From Bacteroidia bacterium (GTDB taxonomy: Bacteria > Bacteroidota > Bacteroidia > B-17B0 > Aurantibacillaceae), in contig JAIOZA010000008.1 of NCBI GenBank assembly GCA_021740825.1, forward strand, positions 39,864 to 103,863: a stretch of 64,000 nt of DNA. Reading direction: 5' to 3'. The translations under genes were made by a program, and so were the position numbers. Position 1 is the stretch's first letter; each line of letters begins with the position of its first letter. Below are positions 28,020 through 35,625 of this stretch, piece by piece. The notes under the pieces are model-generated. The model did not search any database and was not told the DNA's origin. It saw only the letters and a list, made by a program, of their open reading frames with translations.

Positions 28020-29249
28020 TTAAAATTTATATCCTATTGAAATACCGGGAGCAATTACATTTGTTTTAAAATTGCCACTTAAGTTTGTTTCAATATTAGT
28101 GTCCGTTCGTTTAAGATGAGTAAATAAAAAAGAGGCATCTATTTTAAAATGTTTTCCAAATTCGTATCCAATTCCTGCTGTGTAATTTACACGATTGGCA
28201 TCTGGTGTCTCGGGTGTTACGTAGCCATTTTGAACGGGTGTTATACCATATGCTAAACCTATTCGAGCTGCAAAATGAGAATCGATTTTATATTGTGCGC
28301 CAGCTCTAAATGCTAATGTGTTTTTATACATCCTTGCCGATTTTGTATCTATTAAAGATGTAGTGTTGCTTTCATAATCAAATGCTAAAGTATCATATGC
28401 TTTCCAACCAACGTAATTTATATCTAACGCAACATTAAATTTTTGATTTATTTTATAAGCTAACCCTAAAGTAAGTACGCTTGGTAAAGGTAATTTTGAA
28501 GTGAATTTTCCATTAGGGAAACTGGCCGTAACAGATTCAGGAACATTAAATGTCGCATCTCCATCTTTTACTTCCATGTTTACTTTTGAACGATAGGTTA
28601 AACCAATGCTTAGTTTTTCGATTGGTTGAAAGTAAACACCAGCATTAAATCCATAGCCGTTAGCTTTTCCGCTTAACTCGGCATGCCCATAATTACCATC
28701 TTTATCAATTAAGGGAATGTCTTTTTGAAGATTTACTTTTCCGGTTGCATAAACAAAGCCAACTCCTATTCCTATTTTTTTAGTTATTCTGTAACTTACA
28801 GTTGGCTGAAAAAATATAGCTCTTAGTTCTAAGCGCGTTAATGCAAAACGCCCGGTCCAATTATCTTCCCATTGCACCGTGCTTCCAAACGGTGTGTAAA
28901 CGGCTAATCCTAATTTTAATTTAGAACTGTCCTTAATGTCAAAAAGACCATATGCTGCAAAAGGAGTGCTCACTGGAGAGTTTGTTCGTGATACCTGATT
29001 TGTGTTTGCATCTAAAAATGCTCCTCTTGCAAAAGTTGGTGTTACGCCTAAATCAATTGAACTACCATTTACAAAACTAACTCCACCGGGATTGAAAAAT
29101 AAAGAAGTTGCGTCTTGCATAAAAGCTGTTCCAGCGCCACCCATACCTTGTTGCTTTTGTCCTTGCAAGTTTACTTGAAAGCCTTGAGCGTTAAAGCATG
29201 CGGGCGTTATTATAGAAATAGCAAAAAGTAGTTTGTAGAAATGCTTCAT
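28020..29249 (-). CDS. Outer-membrane hydrophobic-compound/long-chain fatty acid channel (FadL/OMPP1/TodX family)
   Basis: 409 aa with a signal peptide, an alternating beta-strand pattern and a terminal aromatic residue (GYKF). The N-terminal GMGGAGTAF region is typical of FadL-like proteins. Confidence 0.85.
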   Translation of the reverse strand: MKHFYKLLFAISIITPACFNAQGFQVNLQGQKQQGMGGAGTAFMQDATSLFFNPGGVSFVNGSSIDLGVTPTFARGAFLDANTNQVSRTNSPVSTPFAAYGLFDIKDSSKLKLGLAVYTPFGSTVQWEDNWTGRFALTRLELRAIFFQPTVSYRITKKIGIGVGFVYATGKVNLQKDIPLIDKDGNYGHAELSGKANGYGFNAGVYFQPIEKLSIGLTYRSKVNMEVKDGDATFNVPESVTASFPNGKFTSKLPLPSVLTLGLAYKINQKFNVALDINYVGWKAYDTLAFDYESNTTSLIDTKSARMYKNTLAFRAGAQYKIDSHFAARIGLAYGITPVQNGYVTPETPDANRVNYTAGIGYEFGKHFKIDASFLFTHLKRTDTNIETNLSGNFKTNVIAPGISIGYKF

Positions 29250-29282
29250 GTAAATGTATCTGAATAGTTGTTATGTTGTTTT

Positions 29283-29747
29283 TTATTTTTTTGATTTCAC
29301 GAAAGCGTCTTGATACATTTTTATCCAATCATTTACAGTTATTTTCTGTATCAATTCTTTGATTAAATCATATGGTATTTGATCGGCTTTTTTAAAACGG
29401 ATACAGCCTTTTCCCATATCTAGTTTTGTTTTGCTATGTTTCGGGTATTCAGCCACAAACCAATCTAGTAGTTTTGAACTGGCATAAATTCCCATGTGGT
29501 GAAGTGCTATGAAATTTTTTTGAGAAGCAATACTCACAAATGGTAACGGAATTTTTGGATCGCAGTGATAACCATCGGGAAATATTGATTTAGGAACAAC
29601 GTAACTAATCATACCGTATTGCATAACTTCTTCAAATCCTTTAGGGATATTTTTTAAAATCGTATCTCTTAATTTTGAAAAATAGATTTCGCGATCTTGA
29701 GGAATTTCCTTTAAATAATCATTTACGTTATTCGCTTTTGAGATCAT
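29283..29747 (-). CDS. DUF1801 (YdhG-like) domain protein
   Basis: 154 aa. The pattern is familiar from YdhG-like proteins (VNDYL..IP.., MISY.., FVSIASQKNFIALH). Confidence 0.65.
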   Translation of the reverse strand: MISKANNVNDYLKEIPQDREIYFSKLRDTILKNIPKGFEEVMQYGMISYVVPKSIFPDGYHCDPKIPLPFVSIASQKNFIALHHMGIYASSKLLDWFVAEYPKHSKTKLDMGKGCIRFKKADQIPYDLIKELIQKITVNDWIKMYQDAFVKSKK

Positions 29748-29789
29748 TGCAACTAATTTAACTATAAATATAGCACAATTTGTAAAATG

Positions 29790-29811
29790 AAAAAACCTCC
29801 TTTAAAAAAGG
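29790..29811. repeat. A-rich 22-nt sequence repeated at 35262-35284 (possible islet boundary)
   Basis: aaaaaacctcctttaaaaaagg aligns with aaaaaaccccctttaaaataagg. The first 18 nt match at 17/18. Low complexity weakens significance. Confidence 0.3.
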
Positions 29812-29846
29812 TCAATTTTCTAAATTATATTTAAATAAAATATTCT

Positions 29847-29860
29847 TTACAACCTTGTAA
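29847..29860. promoter_or_regulatory. Dyad TTACAA-CC-TTGTAA upstream of the orphan gene
   Basis: A perfect 6+6 dyad lies 62 nt before ATG 29922. A related TTACAA-G-TGTAA lies at 29879-29890. Confidence 0.3.
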
Positions 29861-29921
29861 CTTTTTGGTTAAAACACATTACAAGTGTAAATTGATTAAT
29901 TTTAAAATGTAAAACTACTAA

Positions 29922-31619
29922 ATGAAGAATTACGGTACAAAAAAATACGCTTTAATACCAGCAAATGAAAAGTTTTTTGATTTTAGTTTATTACTGGCAA
30001 AATTCTTCTTTTTTCGAATTCTAAAAAAATTAAGGTTTAATTATAAAAAAAGTAAGCAAACAAATCAAAGAGAAAGAGCTAAATGCTTTGGCTTTAATAA
30101 TTACGATATTTTACTTAATTGCAAATACAATGGTTATAAAGTATTAATATATGCAAATAAAGAAAATCATTACACAAAGAAAAAGCTAATTTCTAAACTT
30201 GAGTTCTTAGTAAAACTTGGGTTAGTAGAAGAAATTATAGAAAACATTGATGTTGATTATTTTGATGATTTAATATTAAAATATAGTATAAGTACAGTAA
30301 ACTCTATTTTTATTACTGATGATGTTGAAACTTGGCATAAATTATATAATAAATATCATTCTGATGATAATAATAAATTAAATAATTGCGCGAGACATGA
30401 ATTTGCAATAAAATACTGGAATTTCGTAGGATTCAATAGTATTTATCCTAACTCATTTAATAACTCACATAGTTTATTATATTCATTGTTCTACCAGCAG
30501 TTTAGACCTGTAAGAGAAATTTTCTCGCTCCAATCTGCTGATTTTGTTAAAAATCAGGTTATTTATATTGGTGGAAATAAGGATGAAAACATAAAAACAT
30601 ATATTGATCAAAATTATGATTTATTAAAAGAAAAATTTAATGAGAAGGATCTTACTTTTATTTATTTTCCTAAACTTAAGGATGATATTGAAGAATATTT
30701 AAAAGTCATTAAACCTACTTTTGATTATGTATTTCCTCAGTTCAGATCACTTGATTTTAGTTTTATTAAAATCTTTTTTGAATCTATGACAGAAGAGGAC
30801 TATTATAGTTATATCATAAATACTCTTCAATTACCTGATTTTCATGCACCTTCACTTCTTAAAAATTTATATAGCATCAATGATTCCGAAGAAAATTTAT
30901 TTTATTATCATCCTTTAACCAAAGATTTTCGTGAAGAGTTGATGTGGTATGCAAAAAACACGGTTAAACCAAATACAAGTTACGAGGGTAATGAATACTA
31001 TCAAAAACCAAAAATTAAAATTGAATATAATGCGGATGATAATTTTGATAAAGAAGCACAAAACATTTCAAAAGAAATAAAGTCAAAAATTGATATTCTG
31101 GTTGCTAATGGCAAGCATAAAGCATTAGCCGAAATGGTTCTTCATATTTGCTCAAATTTAAAAAATATGAAGCCCGAACTTTATGAAAAAATAAAATCAC
31201 TAAACATTGAAGAAAATAAAGTAAAACTCAGTCCATTGCTAATTGAGTCAAATTACCGAATTTTTTTACCGGAATATGATAATATTGAAATAGTAATGTC
31301 GCCACTACCTAAAACTTTATATTTATTTTTTCTGAAACAACCAAATGGTATTATGCTGCATGATTTAGCGGAGCATAGAAAAGAACTACTAGCTATTTAC
31401 AATAAAATAACCAATAGCTCAGAACCAACAGAAATTATTAAACGAATTGATGACATGGTTGATATGACTAATAATTCTATCAATGAAAAATGTTCGCGAA
31501 TTAAAGAAGCCTTTGTATCAAAAATAGACGATTCACTTGCTAAACACTACTATGTTAACGGCAAACGTGGAGCACCTAAAAAGGTTTCTATAACTTCTGA
31601 ACTAATAATTTTTAAATAA
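29922..31619 (+). CDS. Orphan 565-aa protein of unknown function, extremely AT-rich
   Basis: Long uninterrupted ORF, rich in Lys/Asn/Tyr/Ile. I recognise no catalytic or binding motif. Spot counts give 10/60 G+C for lines 30241-30300 and 30601-30660. Confidence 0.6.
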   Translation: MKNYGTKKYALIPANEKFFDFSLLLAKFFFFRILKKLRFNYKKSKQTNQRERAKCFGFNNYDILLNCKYNGYKVLIYANKENHYTKKKLISKLEFLVKLGLVEEIIENIDVDYFDDLILKYSISTVNSIFITDDVETWHKLYNKYHSDDNNKLNNCARHEFAIKYWNFVGFNSIYPNSFNNSHSLLYSLFYQQFRPVREIFSLQSADFVKNQVIYIGGNKDENIKTYIDQNYDLLKEKFNEKDLTFIYFPKLKDDIEEYLKVIKPTFDYVFPQFRSLDFSFIKIFFESMTEEDYYSYIINTLQLPDFHAPSLLKNLYSINDSEENLFYYHPLTKDFREELMWYAKNTVKPNTSYEGNEYYQKPKIKIEYNADDNFDKEAQNISKEIKSKIDILVANGKHKALAEMVLHICSNLKNMKPELYEKIKSLNIEENKVKLSPLLIESNYRIFLPEYDNIEIVMSPLPKTLYLFFLKQPNGIMLHDLAEHRKELLAIYNKITNSSEPTEIIKRIDDMVDMTNNSINEKCSRIKEAFVSKIDDSLAKHYYVNGKRGAPKKVSITSELIIFK

Positions 31620-31624
31620 AATCT

Positions 31625-31638
31625 TTACAAGGTTGTAG
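31625..31638. promoter_or_regulatory. Second dyad TTACAA-GG-TTGTAg, 6 nt after the orphan gene stop
   Basis: It shares tctttacaa..ttgta with the 29844-29860 copy, and its core is the reverse complement of the upstream dyad. Confidence 0.3.
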
Positions 31639-31785
31639 AGATTATATGTCTTCTTTTTGTATGCTTATTTTTGAATAAGATATTTTATTAAAGATTGTAT
31701 CTTTTATTTAATTACTTCGTTACACAAATACAACTAAACCATCATAAAATGGATAAAATTTACTTCACTACTAAACATAATCCTT

Positions 31786-33123
31786 ATGAAAACTCAAAAA
31801 ATGATTTCAGGTTTATTACTTACTATTTTATTTTGTTTCAGTTTTGGTTTAGTAAATGCACTCTCTTTTTCTATTAAGCTAAAATCGATAAATAAAGCTC
31901 CTGCCCAATTAAAATATGTTTTTGTAAACGAAGTTGATTCAATTAATAAGGATATTCTAAAGTTGTACGATGATTTTACGTATGAGTTTTTGTTTTTTCA
32001 AAAAAATAAGAATAAGCCAAAAGTAAAACGAGAAGAAGGCACTTATAGTTTAAAGAAAGATAAACTAGTTTTAGACAAAGAAACAAAAGCTGAAGTACAA
32101 GATCATGAATATCGTTTTGTATTCATTGAAAATAAAGGTTTAGCCAAATCTCAAAGATTCAATACATCTAAAAAAGAACCTGAATTACTATATGTATTAA
32201 ATATTGATGCTAAATATTGGCTGCCAATTTATCACGACCCCTATTTTGGAGATATTACAAACGATAAAAAGGCTAGTAAAAAAATTATTGACAAGAAACC
32301 AGAATATACTCCTATTGCAGCATTGCCAACATATACAATTAATAATATTAACACAGCAAATACATTCTCTAATAATATAAGTTTATCAAAGGATAGTTTA
32401 AAAAAAATAAAGGCTATTTTTATTGTAGGCCCTGTTGAAGAAAGTACAAAGGAATTTATTGATGAACAAAAAAAGAACGCTAAATATTTAAAAGACCTTG
32501 GAGTGCAAGTTATTGAATTTTATCACCCTAATGCAAAATGGAAAGATATTGTAAAAGCAAGTGAAGGGGCAAATATATTAGTTTATTCAGGTCATGGCGG
32601 AGTAGCAGTATTTTGTGTAACAGGTGAAATTGTTGAAGGGGAAATAATACAACGTGATTTAAAACTACATAAAAATGCCATTGTTATTTTCAACCATGCT
32701 TGCGAGTCAGCAGGTTCTTCAGCAGTAGATACAAAAGATATAGGTCAAACCGAAGCTTTTAGAAGAGTTGGTGATTACGCTAAACCATTTATAGAATCAG
32801 ATGTGTCGCTATATTATGCTAATAATTATAGTGACTGCTTGATCCCCTTTTTCACTTCTTTTTTTGAGCGCAAAACAGTTAAGGAAATATATAATAAACA
32901 AGCTACAAAATGGAATAAAATTGAAGCCATAAAAAAATATTCATATGACCCTAATTACGAAATAAGCATTGCTAGTAAAAAAGGTTCAAATGAAATAAGA
33001 ACATTGACATGGCATCTAAATGGTAAAGTAAGTAAGGTTGAAAAATTTAAGGATTGTAAATCTTATGAAATAGCGTTTGTTGGCAAACCAAATTTTACAG
33101 TAGTTGATTTATTCAAACAATAA
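31786..33123 (+). CDS. Exported protein with C-terminal clan CD (legumain/C13-like, caspase-fold) cysteine peptidase signature
   Basis: 445 aa with signal peptide MKTQKMISGLLLTILFCFSFGLVNA. The motif order is KAIFIVG ... ANILVYSGHGG (His270, nt 32593-32595) ... NAIVIFNHACESAGS (Cys306, nt 32701-32703). ACESxGS matches the legumain catalytic Cys motif EACESGS. Confidence 0.5.
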   Translation: MKTQKMISGLLLTILFCFSFGLVNALSFSIKLKSINKAPAQLKYVFVNEVDSINKDILKLYDDFTYEFLFFQKNKNKPKVKREEGTYSLKKDKLVLDKETKAEVQDHEYRFVFIENKGLAKSQRFNTSKKEPELLYVLNIDAKYWLPIYHDPYFGDITNDKKASKKIIDKKPEYTPIAALPTYTINNINTANTFSNNISLSKDSLKKIKAIFIVGPVEESTKEFIDEQKKNAKYLKDLGVQVIEFYHPNAKWKDIVKASEGANILVYSGHGGVAVFCVTGEIVEGEIIQRDLKLHKNAIVIFNHACESAGSSAVDTKDIGQTEAFRRVGDYAKPFIESDVSLYYANNYSDCLIPFFTSFFERKTVKEIYNKQATKWNKIEAIKKYSYDPNYEISIASKKGSNEIRTLTWHLNGKVSKVEKFKDCKSYEIAFVGKPNFTVVDLFKQ

Positions 33124-33139
33124 TTTTAGATATTATACT

Positions 33140-33748
33140 ATGATTTCATTTAAATGTAAAACAAAAGACATTAAAGCCACTTTAAAATTGTTAAAAGGGG
33201 TGCACAAACACAAACATATAATTGGCATAAAAGTAACATGTGAAATAACATTAACAGATGGCAATGTTCAACTTGCTATACCAGGCGCAATATTTAACTT
33301 CAAATGTCAAAGTAAGGGCACGGCTAAGGCAACCATGGAATTTCGAAAACTATACAATCTCATTGATCATCACAGCTACGATGAATTATATGTTGAATTC
33401 TTTGATGGCTCTTTAAGATTTGGTTCTGTGACACTAGAAGCAAAAACCATATTTTTTAAAAATGATAGCATTTTAAAAACAATAAATTTACCTGATAAAT
33501 ATTCAGACCTTGACCTTTTATTAATGAAAAATGAAGGTTATACAAAGGAAGAACTTGAGTTTAATAACATATCAGGAATAATAGAAATGGCAGAAAGGCG
33601 AGTTTATTATAATGTTAGAAGATCGGCTGGATATTTAAGAGAATATGGTATTACACCGCAAGAAATTAAAAATTTACTGATGGAGAAACTAGGTATAAGA
33701 TTAGACTTAGACGAAAAAGATATGAAAGTTTTATTGGCTAAAGATTAA
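33140..33748 (+). CDS. Hypothetical cytoplasmic protein (202 aa)
   Basis: ATG 33140 lies 16 nt after the upstream stop. The listed TTG 33104 would overlap the upstream gene. No motif recognised. Confidence 0.55.
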   Translation: MISFKCKTKDIKATLKLLKGVHKHKHIIGIKVTCEITLTDGNVQLAIPGAIFNFKCQSKGTAKATMEFRKLYNLIDHHSYDELYVEFFDGSLRFGSVTLEAKTIFFKNDSILKTINLPDKYSDLDLLLMKNEGYTKEELEFNNISGIIEMAERRVYYNVRRSAGYLREYGITPQEIKNLLMEKLGIRLDLDEKDMKVLLAKD

Positions 33749-33799
33749 TTAGAAGATAAAACAAAAACACTATTTTTACACATACCTAAAACTTAAAAT

Positions 33800-33979
33800 A
33801 TGAATATTATTGCAGGTTTAATATTGTTTTACACAAGTTATAAAGTAAATAAAAAATTTGCTTTTAAAAACAATGGTCATGATGCAAACATTCATCGTTA
33901 TCCTGCATTTGGATTATTAATAAATTTGATTTGCTTAGGACTAATAATAGGTGGTATATACTTAATTATAGAAAAATAA
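33800..33979 (+). CDS. Small hydrophobic peptide (59 aa), absent from the ORF track
   Basis: A hand translation gives MNIIAGLILFYTSYKVNKKFAFKNNGHDANIHRYPAFGLLINLICLGLIIGGIYLIIEK, with two hydrophobic segments. The stop lies 1 nt before the next ATG. Confidence 0.4.
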   Translation: MNIIAGLILFYTSYKVNKKFAFKNNGHDANIHRYPAFGLLINLICLGLIIGGIYLIIEK

Positions 33980-33980
33980 A

Positions 33981-34364
33981 ATGATTGAGTTAATAATCAT
34001 TACTTTTGTAGTTTTTATAATATGCAAACTTTACAAAAGTTATAGTCGGCACATAGATAAAATAAAAAGAGCTGAAAAAGACATTATTTTATTTTCTTCA
34101 GCAGTAGAAAAAAATCCAAAGAATCCAAGATTTTATTTTTTAAGAGGTACTTGTTATCATGATCTTAATAATTACAGATTAGCAATTTATGATTACACAA
34201 AGGCTTTTGAGTTAAATAAAGACAACCAATCCTATAACTTTTTATCAGGTAATGCCGTCTTTAGTAATTATTTGATTTTAAAAAACAGAAGCAGCGCTAA
34301 AAGTGAAATAGGAGACAAAGATGGCTCTAAGCAAGATGGGGAGTTAGCATTAAAATATAAATAG
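33981..34364 (+). CDS. N-terminally membrane-anchored TPR protein
   Basis: 127 aa. A TM helix (IELIIITFVVFIICKL) is followed by a TPR-like repeat (FYFLRGTCYHDLNNYRLAIYDYTKAFELNKDN). Confidence 0.65.
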   Translation: MIELIIITFVVFIICKLYKSYSRHIDKIKRAEKDIILFSSAVEKNPKNPRFYFLRGTCYHDLNNYRLAIYDYTKAFELNKDNQSYNFLSGNAVFSNYLILKNRSSAKSEIGDKDGSKQDGELALKYK

Positions 34365-34439
34365 TTACTATTAATCATTATATGTGGCAAGCTTTAAAAC
34401 AAATTTTTATTAAAAATAGAATTATTTTAAAGTGATAAT

Positions 34440-35174
34440 ATGGGAAATGAAACAGATTTAACGAGAGCAGATTTAATAAAGCTCATAGCAACATCAAGCA
34501 AGCCATTAAACTTAAAAGGTGTAAATTTAAATGGTTTAGATTTAAAGTTTTTAGATTTATCTGGTGCTGACTTGCGTGATGCGGTTTTAACTGGTATTTC
34601 ATTATATGGTGCCAATTTAAATGGTGCCAATCTTAAAGGTGCTAATTTGAGTGTTTCGGATTTGATAAATATAGACTTGAGTAGTGCTAATCTTCAAGGC
34701 TCAAATTTATACGGATCATCTCTTCGAGGAGCCAATCTAAAAGGAGCTATACTTACCGATTCTAATTTAAGTAAGGCTGGTTTGGTTAATTTAAACCTTT
34801 CCAAAATTAATATGACAAGATCTAATTTAGCAGAAGCTGACCTTCGAAATGCTAATTTAACATATGCTGAATTATGTGATACCAATCTAATAGAAGCTGA
34901 TTTAGAAAATGCAATTCTCAATAATTCAAATTTGCAAAATGCAGACTTAACAGGGGCTTATTTAAAAGGTTCAAATTTGAAAATTGCAAATTTATCTTAT
35001 GCTGATCTTATAGATTCTAATTTAGTTGGGGCTGATCTTTCTGGTGCTATACTTATTGGCGCCAATTTAAGCGGGGCTGATTTAAGTAATTCTATTTTAA
35101 GAAATGTAGATTTAACTAATGCTGATTTAACAGGCGCTATTTTAAAAAATGTTAAGGGGCTTAAATTTCCATAA
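34440..35174 (+). CDS. Pentapeptide-repeat protein (entire length)
   Basis: 244 aa, almost wholly A(D/N)LxG-type 5-residue repeats (GADLSGANLSGADLSN...). Confidence 0.9.
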   Translation: MGNETDLTRADLIKLIATSSKPLNLKGVNLNGLDLKFLDLSGADLRDAVLTGISLYGANLNGANLKGANLSVSDLINIDLSSANLQGSNLYGSSLRGANLKGAILTDSNLSKAGLVNLNLSKINMTRSNLAEADLRNANLTYAELCDTNLIEADLENAILNNSNLQNADLTGAYLKGSNLKIANLSYADLIDSNLVGADLSGAILIGANLSGADLSNSILRNVDLTNADLTGAILKNVKGLKFP

Positions 35175-35261
35175 CGTAATTTAAAACTAACATTGTAAAA
35201 GTTAAGCGCATTTATTAGCCCCTTTTTTTAATTTTTTCAATTGTGGGCTAATTCTATAAAT

Positions 35262-35292
35262 AAAAAACCCCCTTTAAAATAAGGAGGTTTTT
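35262..35292 (+). terminator. Hairpin with T-run closing the five-gene cassette
   Basis: ccccctt / aaggagg forms a stem (one mismatch) with a 6-nt loop. It is followed by ttttt and preceded by aaaaaa. Confidence 0.5.
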
Positions 35293-35309
35293 GTGATTCC
35301 ATTCGGATT
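35291..35309. repeat. Degenerate copy of the tRNA-Arg 3' end (possible att remnant)
   Basis: ttgtgattccattcggatt matches 37355-37373 (ttgtgatcccgattggatt) at 15/19 in the same orientation. Confidence 0.3.
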
Positions 35310-35486
35310 AATTTTTGACATTCAAAAAAATCATTAAATTTCAATTTGCTTTAATATCAATGCTTTTATAGTGTATTGCTTTTAGCTGCATTAAATCTTG
35401 TTCATAAAAATATAAGAAACACAGATATATGCTAAAATTGTAAATAAAGAATTAGATAAAGCGATGGATGTTTTCAATGATTAAAG

Positions 35487-35623
35487 TGCATTATAATACA
35501 CATTGCGATTTACTTTGCACTTATTTGGCACTTATTTCACGTATATGTGCAGTAAAATGCATAAAAGAGTGTAATTTAAACATAAAGTTCGTACATTTGT
35601 ATTCAAATATGCAATTTAATGCA
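35487..35623 (+). promoter_or_regulatory. Three TGCA-N6-TGCA boxes plus an 11-nt tandem direct repeat upstream of hipB (candidate operators)
   Basis: TGCAttataaTACA lies at 35487-35500, TGCAgtaaaaTGCA at 35548-35561 and TGCAatttaaTGCA at 35610-35623 (2 nt before the ATG). gcacttattt occurs twice, at 35517-35526 and 35528-35537. Confidence 0.35.
35592..35599 (+). promoter_or_regulatory. Candidate Bacteroidota -7 promoter box for the hipBST operon
   Basis: TACATTTG fits TAnnTTTG and lies 27 nt upstream of ATG 35626, between operator boxes B and C. Confidence 0.35.
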
Positions 35624-35625
35624 CT

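Noticed and set aside
31695-31877. 60-aa ORF overlapping the start of the protease-like gene.
   Set aside because: It is out of frame with, and overlapped by, the 445-aa ORF, which has a proper signal peptide. Its composition is typical of AT-rich noise.
33140-33748. The idea that the 202-aa cassette protein is a bacterial gasdermin or a sliding-clamp-like domain.
   Set aside because: Only vague pattern resemblance supports it. The protein is shorter than bacterial gasdermins, I can point to no conserved motif, and the neighbouring protease is predicted to be exported, which does not fit gasdermin activation. It is left as unknown.
34440-35174. Strong 15-nt periodic DNA repetition that could be mistaken for a tandem-repeat or CRISPR-like array.
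   Set aside because: The periodicity reflects in-frame pentapeptide repeats of one continuous 244-aa ORF. There is no repeat-spacer organisation and there are no cas genes.
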